From a virus (lineage: Duplodnaviria; Caudoviricetes), in IMG/VR virus record IMGVR_UViG_3300021387_000147: DNA of 64,000 nucleotides; one strand, written 5' to 3'. The notes under the pieces are model-generated. The model ran no database searches. It was not told where the DNA came from and saw only the letters and a list, made by a program, of their open reading frames with translations. Each line of letters begins with the position of its first letter. The stretch's first letter is position 1. Shown here in pieces: positions 42,301 through 52,593 of the stretch. Both the position numbers and the translations under genes were made by a program.

Positions 42301-44078
42301 CTACTTACATCTTCATCCCATCTTAAAACGTCTGCTGCAGATGCAATACTATTACCAGATAAAACTGCTGCAGAAGATGATACTTGATCTTCTGAAAATT
42401 GTCTATGAACTATATCATCTATATCTTGATGATATATGTTTTGCCAATTCCATAAATCAGTTCTTAAATCAATTAAAGGTGAATTTTCTGCTATATTTGA
42501 AGTTGCAGAAGACATAAAAATTGTACGAGAACATTTATCATCATCGTTTGGTGAAATATAAGAATTACATCCTACAATTTTACCACCTGCTGATTTACCT
42601 ACTAAACCACCACAGAAACCTACGAAAGTTCCTTCAAATACTGCTTTAGCTTTTGATTCACAATTTTGAATTGTACCTTTATTCCATCCACAGAATGGTG
42701 AAATATAATATGCAGAACGAGCAAATTGATGTAATTTAACAGGTTGATTTACCCAATTACATGTTCTTGTATGACATATTTGATGTGTATTTCTTAAACT
42801 TGTATTATCTTTATCTAAACAGTTATATCCAAAATGATCATCAAATACACTTGCATAACCTAATGATTTTGCTGTTTCTAATGTATTATTGTAATCCATT
42901 ATGAATTCATTACCATAACCATAAGCACTTGCAGGAATACCAGCAACAGGTGGTTTATCACCTCTATCACCAACTAATATAGTTCCATTCCAATCAGTAT
43001 TTTTATCATTTACTTCATCTAACCAAAAGTTTTTTGTTGTTTCACTACCAGATGTGACTGCTATAACACCTTCATTGAAATAACCAACATAAGGAATTAT
43101 ATTACCTGGTGAGTTAATACAGAAATAGTTAGGATAAAATTCATTATCTTTAGAACTTACAACTGGTTCATTTTGATTTTCAGTTTTATTTTGTACCATA
43201 TAAACTTGTGGTACAAATCCTTTAAATAATACTTTAGGTATATAATTTTGTGTTTTTTTAGATGTTGAAGAATAACGACATTCTTCAATTAAACCTTTAT
43301 TACATGCACAAATAGCACCAAAATATACATCGGTACCTTGATTCTTAATATGTGTTAAATTAATCTTCTTTGTACATTCTACTTCCATATCGCCAAAGAT
43401 ATTAACACCATATATTCTTCCAAAATGGCCTAAATAACCAACTATACCACCTACATCTTGTGATACATTGAAAATTAAATTTTGAAATACATAACCATTA
43501 CCAAATAATAAACCTTCAAATGGTCTATCTGGATAACGACCAATTACAAAATCAATTTTTGTTTTTGCATTTTCTTCGCCAATATCATCACCTAATACAA
43601 TGGCAATATGATTATTAAAATTGTCACCTCTTTCACCATCATCATTATCACCATTTACTCTATTAGCGCACCATTTTAATTCTTCTTTTGTTTTAATATA
43701 ATAGAAACCACCATAATTTGAAAAGATACCATTATTAAAAAAGATACCAGCTAAATCACGTTCGTTTGAATTATTTTTTATAAAATCAGAAAAATTATCT
43801 TGAGTAATATATGCAGGTTTATTTGAATACTTTACTTCTACTAACTTTGAATATGCATATTCAATTTTATAAAGTTCAGCAATATTTTTACTATAATCAC
43901 CATTTAAATATGTTTCAATAGATTGTTTAGTCTTAAACTGTTCAGGCTTGATATTCTCTCCAGATAGATTTTCAATAAAATCTTTCTTAACTGGCTGGAA
44001 GAACCACTTCGTGCCATTGTTTTCTACTTCACCGTTTAAGAATCTCTTTTTAAATTCGTTAAAAATAAATGAACTCAT
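39300..44078 (-). CDS. Large virion protein (1592 aa) with GLUG-like motifs
   Basis: VGGIVG, CGGLVG, VGGLIG, FGGLAA; N/S/T/D-rich; late operon. Confidence 0.7.
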   Translation of the reverse strand: MSSFIFNEFKKRFLNGEVENNGTKWFFQPVKKDFIENLSGENIKPEQFKTKQSIETYLNGDYSKNIAELYKIEYAYSKLVEVKYSNKPAYITQDNFSDFIKNNSNERDLAGIFFNNGIFSNYGGFYYIKTKEELKWCANRVNGDNDDGERGDNFNNHIAIVLGDDIGEENAKTKIDFVIGRYPDRPFEGLLFGNGYVFQNLIFNVSQDVGGIVGYLGHFGRIYGVNIFGDMEVECTKKINLTHIKNQGTDVYFGAICACNKGLIEECRYSSTSKKTQNYIPKVLFKGFVPQVYMVQNKTENQNEPVVSSKDNEFYPNYFCINSPGNIIPYVGYFNEGVIAVTSGSETTKNFWLDEVNDKNTDWNGTILVGDRGDKPPVAGIPASAYGYGNEFIMDYNNTLETAKSLGYASVFDDHFGYNCLDKDNTSLRNTHQICHTRTCNWVNQPVKLHQFARSAYYISPFCGWNKGTIQNCESKAKAVFEGTFVGFCGGLVGKSAGGKIVGCNSYISPNDDDKCSRTIFMSSATSNIAENSPLIDLRTDLWNWQNIYHQDIDDIVHRQFSEDQVSSSAAVLSGNSIASAADVLRWDEDVSRVNHYHDNAGISQCPWHKSTQGIMLQFDGLSATSSYSKTVTYTFDSSVYNSNTSETSPGGNSALNIYNAAMKTGNYTSGAGYTLVEGNAIIGGVSKIHTRSRIHKDYYDQFTYDNNTKKVYDDNVPSAKSCWFPLVKKSEQDASVWTDFKYDPDTNCYVIKNAQFDLGCGYTILPNNYYLTSGNNDSKKFDNFIVDQVYPDFYDASNNYLVRTQKDSKYNHPIQTTGKSYLNNTWSATYNENYNVKIDRLNASKGNFTCGIEFDQNATFSDTFYDNSVDFVSAGTIVKPTITIDEIYLTPFTNDAKNENIKKFINNETEYIEGFPLAITKIKGVHIKNRYSHITPKTSNDTKTVITITDYELYIKDFGVYGTVYSRVNLNTQFPSISQSKISRDIIFYDWAYNYQRQGREPVFIGNCALPYNDIFDLNDDTYIDPFSSVKKPQYLLNVRVGAIGESFRTELQSIYNVGGLIGSMAFAPQVTEIYNTSAFLDNHISEGVIVSANPDKTATQYIFNNAKSKNYSFMNRFGGLAAICEFNTSNIGDDAPRPLVCNNVNLHYEEDSGVQKPWDKVDTSENSAYYAKRDFYGPIQLNGGASECPFGVGSPIVAEIKPTYNMFPGINSYINTWSGTNNKSDNASEAWGYCYYGNFSNDLGLMYNDFNLGINTLDLNVDTPIKNMNIDNNEGNADSTGYKYGWLPGMRKPNGDDLGGLPFLAQSLFRGINIKQNYYGYFQNNQFVQGPGYRRFANALSTVHYPAAICRDLSLNMSHIHVHRGTGKNNYDYYSDQYQTSKHESTYSYFGSDLKIYTDESGKKVDNDLYISYQDDWSVCSTNGPDLTNAKLPNYPLTLFKRNNEVDQYFTYTYSAISDINDNGEPAKLGEYSYNVKFAMADNGKIGYWLEDPIAGISGDNFVYNHNIMHLGLTKSPEQIRKEIMEKGICYTSAISGEDFAGLYVYDKDGNNVMYIDTSVGDCDGLSTWSMQLDSGKVDNKQMGCVLEIK

Positions 44079-44079
44079 A

Positions 44080-45699
44080 TTACCACTTTACTGCATAATC
44101 AGGTTTCTTTTCTTCTGTAATTTCTACAGCCACATCTTCTGTAGATAATGTCATACTTAGTTTATCTGATGTTGATTTATTTATCTGAGGATTTAATGTT
44201 TTATCTAATGATGTTTCATATAATGTTTGAATATCACCAGATGGTAATTCATCATTTGTATTTATATTATCACCGAACTTCAACCAATGTTGTGCACATG
44301 TTTTATTCAATCCATCGCCAAAGAATTCCTTACATATATCATTTAAGAAATTTACAGGTGCTGTATCAAAACCATTACCATGATCACCAAATAATTGCAT
44401 TACTCCACCATAAACTAACATAGTTGCTAATGCTAATTCACCTGTTGCTGTTCTAAATATACCAGGATTTCCAGTAGACATACCTTGTCTAACTGCTGCT
44501 CTATCTTTTGCAACTTCAAAAGATGATCGATCTAAATCTTCCCAATTTGCTGGATAATATGCATACAAAGGTTTACCAAGTCTTCTACATTGAAAACTTG
44601 TTTTATCATAGATAGAATAATTTTTATTTGATTCTAATATAATAGCATGTAAAATTGAAACTGGTGATTGATACCAAGATTCTCCTTTTAATGTTGCTTT
44701 TTGTGCTTTTGAATATACTGTCACATTTGGATCATAAGAAAAATACCATTGTGGATTTCCATATCCTGTTAAATCTTGTGCAGAATTATAATTATAAACA
44801 CCTCTATGTTTTGTTATATTACCATTAATACTCATTACTGTAGCAGTAATATAATTTTGCATAATAGCAACTTCTTTATATGCTCCATCCATTTGATATG
44901 AATTTAATGGTACAAATGCATCAACACCATTCCATACACATAATTGTAATGCAGTTTCACCTATATCTTTAAGATATGATAATTCATTATGTGGAACGAA
45001 ATGATTATTTTCCCAAACAACAGATGATCTATAACCAGGAGCAGACGTTGTTTCTTCAACACTATATAAACATGCAGATGATGAAAAATTTTTCATAGCT
45101 GTTGCTGCTATAAAATTTCCACTTGTCCATTTAGATGTATTAGATGTAATATAATCATAAACTGATTGTTTATAATCATTAATAAATTTCTTTTCATCAT
45201 TATATTCATGATATTCTGCTATATCACCAAATTTACCATCATTTGCAGTAAATGTATACTTAAAAGTATAATTATAATAACTTCCTGGACCAGAAGCAGC
45301 TCCACCAGAACCAGTTAATCTTACAGTCCATTGAATACCATCTATAGTTAATGGACATCCTGCCCATACTCTATATGTACACCAATTTTTTAATTCTTCA
45401 ACCCAAAAATATTTACTTTGTGTTGGATCTGATTTTTCTGTACTACCAATTTTTAAATAACCATTATCATTTGGACTACTACAATATTCTGTTTTATTTT
45501 GCCAATTATAAGGTTCTACATATTCACCATTAGCAATCTTTTCTGCTAATGTTTCTTTTACATCTTCTATTGTTTCACTATTATAAGAAACTTTATCTAA
45601 ACCAAAATCAATTACTTTACTACTATTATGAATACTATTCTGTGTAGTTATTGTTTGATTTCGTTTAGTAGCTTCAACTGTTTTAAAATATCCTATCAT
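44080..45699 (-). CDS. Late hypothetical (probable virion) protein
   Basis: TATAAATA at 45704-45711. Confidence 0.65.
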   Translation of the reverse strand: MIGYFKTVEATKRNQTITTQNSIHNSSKVIDFGLDKVSYNSETIEDVKETLAEKIANGEYVEPYNWQNKTEYCSSPNDNGYLKIGSTEKSDPTQSKYFWVEELKNWCTYRVWAGCPLTIDGIQWTVRLTGSGGAASGPGSYYNYTFKYTFTANDGKFGDIAEYHEYNDEKKFINDYKQSVYDYITSNTSKWTSGNFIAATAMKNFSSSACLYSVEETTSAPGYRSSVVWENNHFVPHNELSYLKDIGETALQLCVWNGVDAFVPLNSYQMDGAYKEVAIMQNYITATVMSINGNITKHRGVYNYNSAQDLTGYGNPQWYFSYDPNVTVYSKAQKATLKGESWYQSPVSILHAIILESNKNYSIYDKTSFQCRRLGKPLYAYYPANWEDLDRSSFEVAKDRAAVRQGMSTGNPGIFRTATGELALATMLVYGGVMQLFGDHGNGFDTAPVNFLNDICKEFFGDGLNKTCAQHWLKFGDNINTNDELPSGDIQTLYETSLDKTLNPQINKSTSDKLSMTLSTEDVAVEITEEKKPDYAVKW

Positions 45700-45703
45700 A
45701 CTT

Positions 45704-45738
45704 TATTTATAAACAAAAAGTGGCCTTATCGGCCACTT
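45704..45738 (-). promoter_or_regulatory. Terminator hairpin (45716-38) followed by late promoter TATAAATA (45704-11)
   Basis: AAGTGGCC-loop-GGCCACTTTTT then TATAAATA. Confidence 0.75.
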
Positions 45739-45761
45739 CATAAATTCATCTCTTACCAAAA

Positions 45762-46763
45762 TTATGCTATTTCAAAGAATCCTAATGGAGATTCCAATCT
45801 TATCTGTTCTCTACAATCATCCCATTCTTCTTTATAAGATGAATACAAAGAATCAGCATTCAAAGAACCACCGCCTGCAATTGATAAAGTATACTTACGC
45901 AATGCATTAGTCCATATCATACCTGCTCTTGCAACTACCATACGTCTAAAGATTACATCATTAAATAACTTACTTGACTTCTGTCTCTTGTATACTTCCA
46001 TCAATCCTCTTACAGGATGGTCAGGTTGAGGCCATACAGATAATTCCTTTTCTTTCTCATTATATCTTACGGTATATGATTCACCGAAATCCATCTTAGC
46101 CTGTTCCAACCATACAAGTGCAGCATTCCAATGACCTAGAACATCACCAAATCCACCAGCATTACTATAACAAGAACCTGTAAAGGAACTACCCATACTC
46201 ATTACTGTGTTATACAAAGCATTGTGTGGTAGAGTAAACAAATCATTGATTGTTCCCATCCAATCTGAAACTTGGAAATCTACAATAGACTCTAATTCAT
46301 CACAGATTTTATAGTGTGATTTTCCTGGTACTAAGTCCATAACAAGATAATCTCTATAATTACCTTCTCTGAAATAATACTTCCACATGTATTTAACTGT
46401 ATCAGCAATAATGAAATTCAATTGCTGATCTGAAATTTCAATACAAATTACTGGAGCACCTAACATCATCTTAATGTAGTTTCTCATTTGAGCTACATTC
46501 TGAATGTTCATCGCATCCATAAACTCATCCCTAACAGGAGGTTTAAATGGAGGATGTGGAGGTGCAGGTGGATGAGGTGGAATTATATCAGGTTTTGGTC
46601 CTGTTCCTGGCCATGGTCCATCTGCTGGAGGGAATGGTCCTCTTATTTCATTTCCTGGAAGCATACCATCCATTGGAGGATGCATTGGAAACATTCCACC
46701 TGGAGGTGGAGGAGGTTTTGGAAATGGTCCTTTCTTAGTAATTTCTTGTGTTATATTAGCCAT
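45762..46763 (-). CDS. Neck protein (T4 gp13-like) with Pro-rich N-terminal extension
   Basis: YIKMMLGAPVICIEISDQQL, W...L.KY....AGG..LN. Confidence 0.82.
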   Translation of the reverse strand: MANITQEITKKGPFPKPPPPPGGMFPMHPPMDGMLPGNEIRGPFPPADGPWPGTGPKPDIIPPHPPAPPHPPFKPPVRDEFMDAMNIQNVAQMRNYIKMMLGAPVICIEISDQQLNFIIADTVKYMWKYYFREGNYRDYLVMDLVPGKSHYKICDELESIVDFQVSDWMGTINDLFTLPHNALYNTVMSMGSSFTGSCYSNAGGFGDVLGHWNAALVWLEQAKMDFGESYTVRYNEKEKELSVWPQPDHPVRGLMEVYKRQKSSKLFNDVIFRRMVVARAGMIWTNALRKYTLSIAGGGSLNADSLYSSYKEEWDDCREQIRLESPLGFFEIA

Positions 46764-46767
46764 ATAC

Positions 46768-46810
46768 TATTTATAACACAAAATAAAAAAGATGGTATTA
46801 ACCATCTTTA
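46768..46810 (-). promoter_or_regulatory. Terminator (46786-46810) and late promoter TATAAATA (46768-75)
   Basis: AAGATGGT-loop-ACCATCTTTTT then TATAAATA. Confidence 0.75.
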
Positions 46811-47164
46811 TTTCTTTTTCTTAGGAGCTCTCTTCCTTTCTGTTGTAATTTTCTTTTGCAACTTCTCATTAGCCTCTTCCATACTCATTGTTTCTAAGGC
46901 TGATTTCTGTATAATTGCTTTAGGCTTATTCTTCTCAATATATTCTTTATCCTCATCATATTCTTGTGGAGTTTCAAATTTTCTCCAATAAGATACTCTG
47001 TAGATATTACCAATCTGTTGAGACATTGCTAAGAAATTCTTTTTACATTTCTCCTTAAATGCTTGTGCTTCCTTTTCTGTAGCAAACTCTCTATAAGTCG
47101 TATCCTCACGAGGGAATGCTAACCACTTTGGAGCATATTTGCTCACATATTCTTTATTTGCCAT
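46808..47164 (-). CDS. Basic hypothetical protein
   Basis: Last ORF of the array operon. Confidence 0.6.
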   Translation of the reverse strand: MANKEYVSKYAPKWLAFPREDTTYREFATEKEAQAFKEKCKKNFLAMSQQIGNIYRVSYWRKFETPQEYDEDKEYIEKNKPKAIIQKSALETMSMEEANEKLQKKITTERKRAPKKKK

Positions 47165-50100
47165 TAGAACTTCTCCTTACAAATGTTTTGAATTTGTCTT
47201 CTTTTAATTTCAGCTTTCAATTTACGAATATAATCAACTATTGATTGTAAACGATTTACAAGCTTCTTAGGTTTTTTGTAATAATTATATCTATCGTCCA
47301 TCAAAATAAAATACTTCATAACTCCTTCAGCATTTCTTTTTTGAGCCATTTTAGGATGATATACCTTACATTCACCATTCGTTTGACATGAAGCAATTAA
47401 CTTATGACGTGCATTATCATTGTCAACATAAATTCCAATAGTCTCATCCCATGGAGCTATAGAAAAAGTAGTAAAACCAAACTTTTCTGCTATTTGTTTA
47501 AATTCCACTTGAGTCATGTATATGCTCCTGTAAAGCAATATTCTTTATTTGTGCTTTCTTATAATATCTTGTTCTCTTCTTATATAAATCTTCCAAATGG
47601 TCGACCATACTTTTAAAGTTATGATATTGTCTTAATTTCAAATTCTTATAGAAAACATCATATCTCCACAGTTTATGTTTCTTATACCAATGATAAAATT
47701 CTTTATATGTTTTACAATATTTTTTATAAATAAGTATTTTAAAATCATCATCCTCTCTTATGTAGATATATGGAACACTATCAAAAGTTAGAGCAGTCTC
47801 AAAAAAATTAGAACTGATCATATCATCAACATGTGCTAAAGGACATAATTCTTCTAGCTTTAATTTAATTAGATATAAATCATGTTCATTAAAACTTGTT
47901 TCTTCTTTAATTCTATAATCACATTCAAGTCTTATAGCCCAAATAAAAACAAATACAGCAATAGGTAAAACAGCTATTATAAACATTATTCATCTTGTCC
48001 TATTGATTTAATTAATCTTAATTTATATTGTTTCTTCCAAAATAATGTGTCTTTTTCAACTCTTTTCAAATGATTTTTAAGTGCTTCTTTTGAAGCCAAT
48101 GTTCTTCCATTACCTCTTGTACAAATGGCGCCCATACAATCTAAACGAATATCATAGCATCCACCTCTTTTAGTTTCAGCATCAAGCCATGCAATCAAAT
48201 TATCTGCAGCTCTTTCATTATTCAAATAGATAGCTACATAATTTGAATATTCACCATCTGTATCATAACCAAATTCTTTAGCTACTTCTATGAATTCTTC
48301 TTTAGTCAATTGTTTCGCCATCTGCAATACTCTTAATTTGATTTAATTTTATAATACGTTTATAAATGTGTATTCTTTCTGTGACTTCATCAAGCCAATC
48401 AATAAATTCTTTTTGTGTCTTAACTACTTTTGAATTTTGTTCTGTCTCTATAAGATTGATAGCTCTATAAAATATTGGGTTATGTAATTCTACACCATAA
48501 GAACAACATATCGCTAAACACATTTCATTTGTATAAATGTTATCAATGTGTATACGATAATCTCCCATTGATTCTAATAAAGGATTTAATTCAAATCCAT
48601 ATTGTTTAGCTATATTTTTAAAATCTGAGGCTTTCATACATCTTCCTTACATATATTCTTAATAGCTTCAAGTTTCTTTAACTTATTAAGTTTAGTTTCA
48701 AATGTAGGAACTTGTTTAATAAATTCTTCTAATGTTCGAATACGTGCAAATTCTTTTTGCTTCCATAGTGGATATTCATCAACCTTAACAATAAAGAAAT
48801 ACTTATCTTTAGATTTATGATATTTTAACCATTCTTTATATGTTTTAAAATTGTTCTTGTATAACATACAAAAGAAACGAGTATCATTTAGTCCATAACC
48901 ATGATTTAATCTAGAAATTGTAAAATAATCTTTGCCTTTACAACTTACTTCTAAACCACATCTACGAATAGACCTATCAATCATTGCAACAATCTTTGTA
49001 CCTTCTTCATCACTAACAGTAATTGGCATTGACATTAAACGTAAGCGTCCTAAAAGATAACTTACATAAAAAATTGCCATAATACCAAATATAATTGCTA
49101 AAGGTTCCATTAGTCTTCCTCTTTACAAATACTTTGAATTTTCATTAATTTTTCTTTTCTAACTGCAAGCTTCATTTGATTTGGTATATCATTAAACATT
49201 TGATAAAAATCATCATACTTAGCAACAGGATTCAAATATTGAAATGCTCTTGCTTCAAATACATACGATAAACTAAATCTCAAATCTGGCATTTTTCTTT
49301 TCTTTAAGAAATCAAAAAAACTTGTATAAGTCAATCTATCAAAAGTATAATATAATTTATCTTCAATATAAAACGCATCTTTATATATTGCAAAGTTCAT
49401 TTCATATCCATATTTAGTTTCTACTTTCTTTTTAATTGTATCAAAAAGAAATTTCCTTGTTTGTTGGTCAAAATATGGTAGCTCATCCTTAATAAGATTA
49501 TAATGAATTACTTGGTATATCATCCAAAGAACGCATAACGTTAATGCGGTCATCAAAATAAAAGCTACACCTATACCAATAATCGGAACTAACATATATC
49601 CTTTTCTTTACAAATACTTTCAATCAATAATTTCTTATAAATTTTCTTTCTATCTCTAATAAGTCTTGGAAATTCTTTTTCAAGCTTAAGAATATCAGTG
49701 TACACTTCAAATAATGTTTCATCAGGATATGGACCAGATATGTATTCATTATACGGCATATAAAAAACTGAATAGTAAATATTGGATTTATGCTTAAGAA
49801 AATGATCTTTAAAAGAGTAAGGGTTTTTCTTAAGATAAATAGCCATCTCACCAATTTCTACTTCCTTATAAGACCATCTACTATAGAATGGACCATATTT
49901 AACCATATTATACTTTTGATACAGTCCATGCATGTGCAAATAAAACCAATGCCATTCCTTTTCTGTAATATGATTTTTATCATCTTTATAATACTTCCAA
50001 ACCATACACAGTACACCGCATATAGCAAGAAAATATAATGGTGCAAGCATAACATTAATCATCTTTACAAATACTCTCTATTTGAAATTTCTTAATATCT

Positions 50101-52108
50101 TTCTTAATAAATTTTACCAATCTTAAATACAATTCTAAATTCTTTTCAAATTCAGATTCATCTTCAGAATCAAAATACGTTGAAGAGCAACCAGTATCAA
50201 TTGCTCCATTTGTATAAATTTCAATAGCATTCTTTAATTTAATCTGATTACAATTAGTGTTTAATTGCGTAATAACTCTATGATGATCTTCAGGTAAAGA
50301 AAAACAAATAAAATGTTTTCCACCAATAATCTGTTTACCAACTTCCTCTTCAGTCAGTTGTTCCAAACCATGTTTCTTACAGATCTCAATAAATTTTTCT
50401 TCACTCATACTGGATCCTTACAAATGTTTCTAATACGACGGAGCTTTTCAGTTATATTAAAAAGCTTAACTTCCTTTGTAATGCTTAACAATTCATCTTT
50501 CAAAATTGCAGGGTCAGTAACAGTAATTCCATTTATTGCAGTTGACAAATAACATTGACCATCGTAATTAACAATTTTTATTTTGTTATAGAGAACACAT
50601 TCGAATAAAGCATTTCTTAAATGCTTTTTATTATAATCAATAGTGAAGACAATTACAATATTTGCTTCAGATGCAGTAGTATATGTCGGTGTATTTAAAG
50701 AAACTACATACTTTTTGCTTAAACTTTTAGTAGTGTCACATTTATCAAAAAGATCTGGCTCATAACCACATTCATGACAAATGTTCAAAAACTTTTCTTC
50801 ATTTAATGTATCTTCTTTAACGTGAGAAAACATATTATTCCTTACAAATGTGTTTAATTTCGTAGAGCTTTCTTAAGCGAGCAAACTTCTGTTGTAATTC
50901 ATTATTCTTTTGAATTTGCTTTTCAATTTCTTCGTATGCCTTCTTAAATCCATCTACATTCAAACAGTTATCAGTAAACTTAACTGGATATTCTGCGATA
51001 TATTCCTTTGTTGTAGGAAATGCTATTTGATATGCATATTTTTCATTACCTTCATAGAAATAAAGAATACGCAATTTCTGCAAAGTCAGTGTCAATGTAT
51101 GCACAACTTTGTTTGTATACTTTCTTGTCACTGCATCTTTAACAGTTTCAATCGCAGACGTATACTTGATAAATGGATGCTGTGCTTGATGAGCCCAAGG
51201 TTCATTACAATAATGATAAATGAAAGATGTGCCATCACAATTATGATTGAAAAAACTATTGCGCCATAAATCTTCAAGCGTATACTTTTCAAGATAATCA
51301 TCATCTTTAAGTGCATCCATCATGTTAATAGTATATTTCTTTTGAATACCCATAAATGCACCATTTGACCAATTAGCACAGATCTTATTTTCACTTGGAT
51401 GTGCAGTAGAACGTGCCAACTCAGTTCGCACATAAATCTTCAAACATTCAATCATCGCTTGTTTCAATGCATCAGTCATATTCTTTCTATCCTCAATATC
51501 TTGCACAACCTTATTAAACTGTTCAGATACTGACTTCATAAGCAATTCTGTCATTAATCTTCATCCTTTCCAATAGAATGGATGGCGGCATATTTTGCAT
51601 TTCGAACAGAAGCCTTAATCATTGCTTCATTCTTTTCCTGCGTATCTCGAATTAAATCAACTGCCAACTTCCAATCTTCAAAATCTACTTTCTTAGAAAA
51701 ATCAAAATCATATCTTTCACGATAACCACCACATGCAAGCTGAACAGGAAGTTTCTTTTCATCTACATACTGATAAATGAAATTGGGAACCATCATTGTC
51801 AAAGAAATTTGCCATGGATGCCAATTCTGTCCACTTGCTCTCCAAACACTGCAAGTAATATCCTTATAAGTATACAAATTCCAATAAGTATTATCAGCAA
51901 TTTCTAAATAATAGGCTTTGCGGATTTTTTCGAACTTTTTAATAGGGTCGAAAATCACGTGATAGTCATGATGAAAATCACCATTCAAAATCAGCTTTTC
52001 TTCAGACGCTTCATAACGGTCGATAATATACAACTGTTTGGAATGCTCCTTAGACAAATACTGGAGCATATCCACGATTTTCATTTGAGCATCCCATTCG
52101 TTATACAT
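47164..52108 (-). CDS. Tandem array of 11 coupled small genes sharing a C-terminal I-x-x-I-[CGA]-K-[ED] tail (47164, 47498, 47986, 48302, 48634, 49110, 49589, 50055, 50405, 50835, 51554)
   Basis: Overlapping stop/start codons; four have an N-terminal TM and five share [ED/K]F....K..G[FYL]. Confidence 0.8.
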
Positions 52109-52292
52109 TATTCAACTTCTCTTCCGTCAATTTCAGTGTCAGCCAAGAAAGAACCAAACTTCTTGATAATCTTCTGACGATTTTCCTCGGCCTTAGCCTT
52201 GTCATGATACACGCCCCAAATCATACGGCGTTCGGGCTTGTCCATAGTGTTATAAGTCAAAACATATACCTTTTCCATAATTTACCTCTTAA

Positions 52293-52478
52293 TTATTCAG
52301 CAGGCCAAATTGCTTCAATGTGATTAATTCCTACGACAATGGTCGTTCCACTAATTCGCAAATCTTTACAATTAACGAATTTTACGAAATGTTCATCCAT
52401 GGCTTCAATAGTACCGGTAAAACGAGCACCCATGTTAAACTTGCCATGCAACCAGTATCTTTTTCCAATTTCAAGCAT
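52293..52478 (-). CDS. Small Sm/SH3-like beta protein (tentative)
   Basis: G..FTGTIEAMDEHFVKF....INHIEAI pattern. Confidence 0.5.
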   Translation of the reverse strand: MLEIGKRYWLHGKFNMGARFTGTIEAMDEHFVKFVNCKDLRISGTTIVVGINHIEAIWPAE

Positions 52479-52482
52479 CTTA

Positions 52483-52593
52483 ACCTCTTTTATTTTAACA
52501 AGTAAAATATACTAAAAAAGAGGTTTCTTGGAAACCCCTTTTAATGTAAAATAAAGTTTACAGAACTATAAAATATGTAAATTATAGTTTACT
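52483..52593 (-). promoter_or_regulatory. Early promoter cassette copy 10 (boxes 52545-62 and 52576-93; TTTCCA-17-TATATT)
   Basis: Conserved leader, tandem boxes, hairpin over the -35. Confidence 0.85.

Noticed and set aside
47164-52108. Diversity-generating retroelement or exact DNA repeats driving the array
   Set aside because: No reverse transcriptase or template/variable repeat pair seen; members are highly diverged at DNA level.
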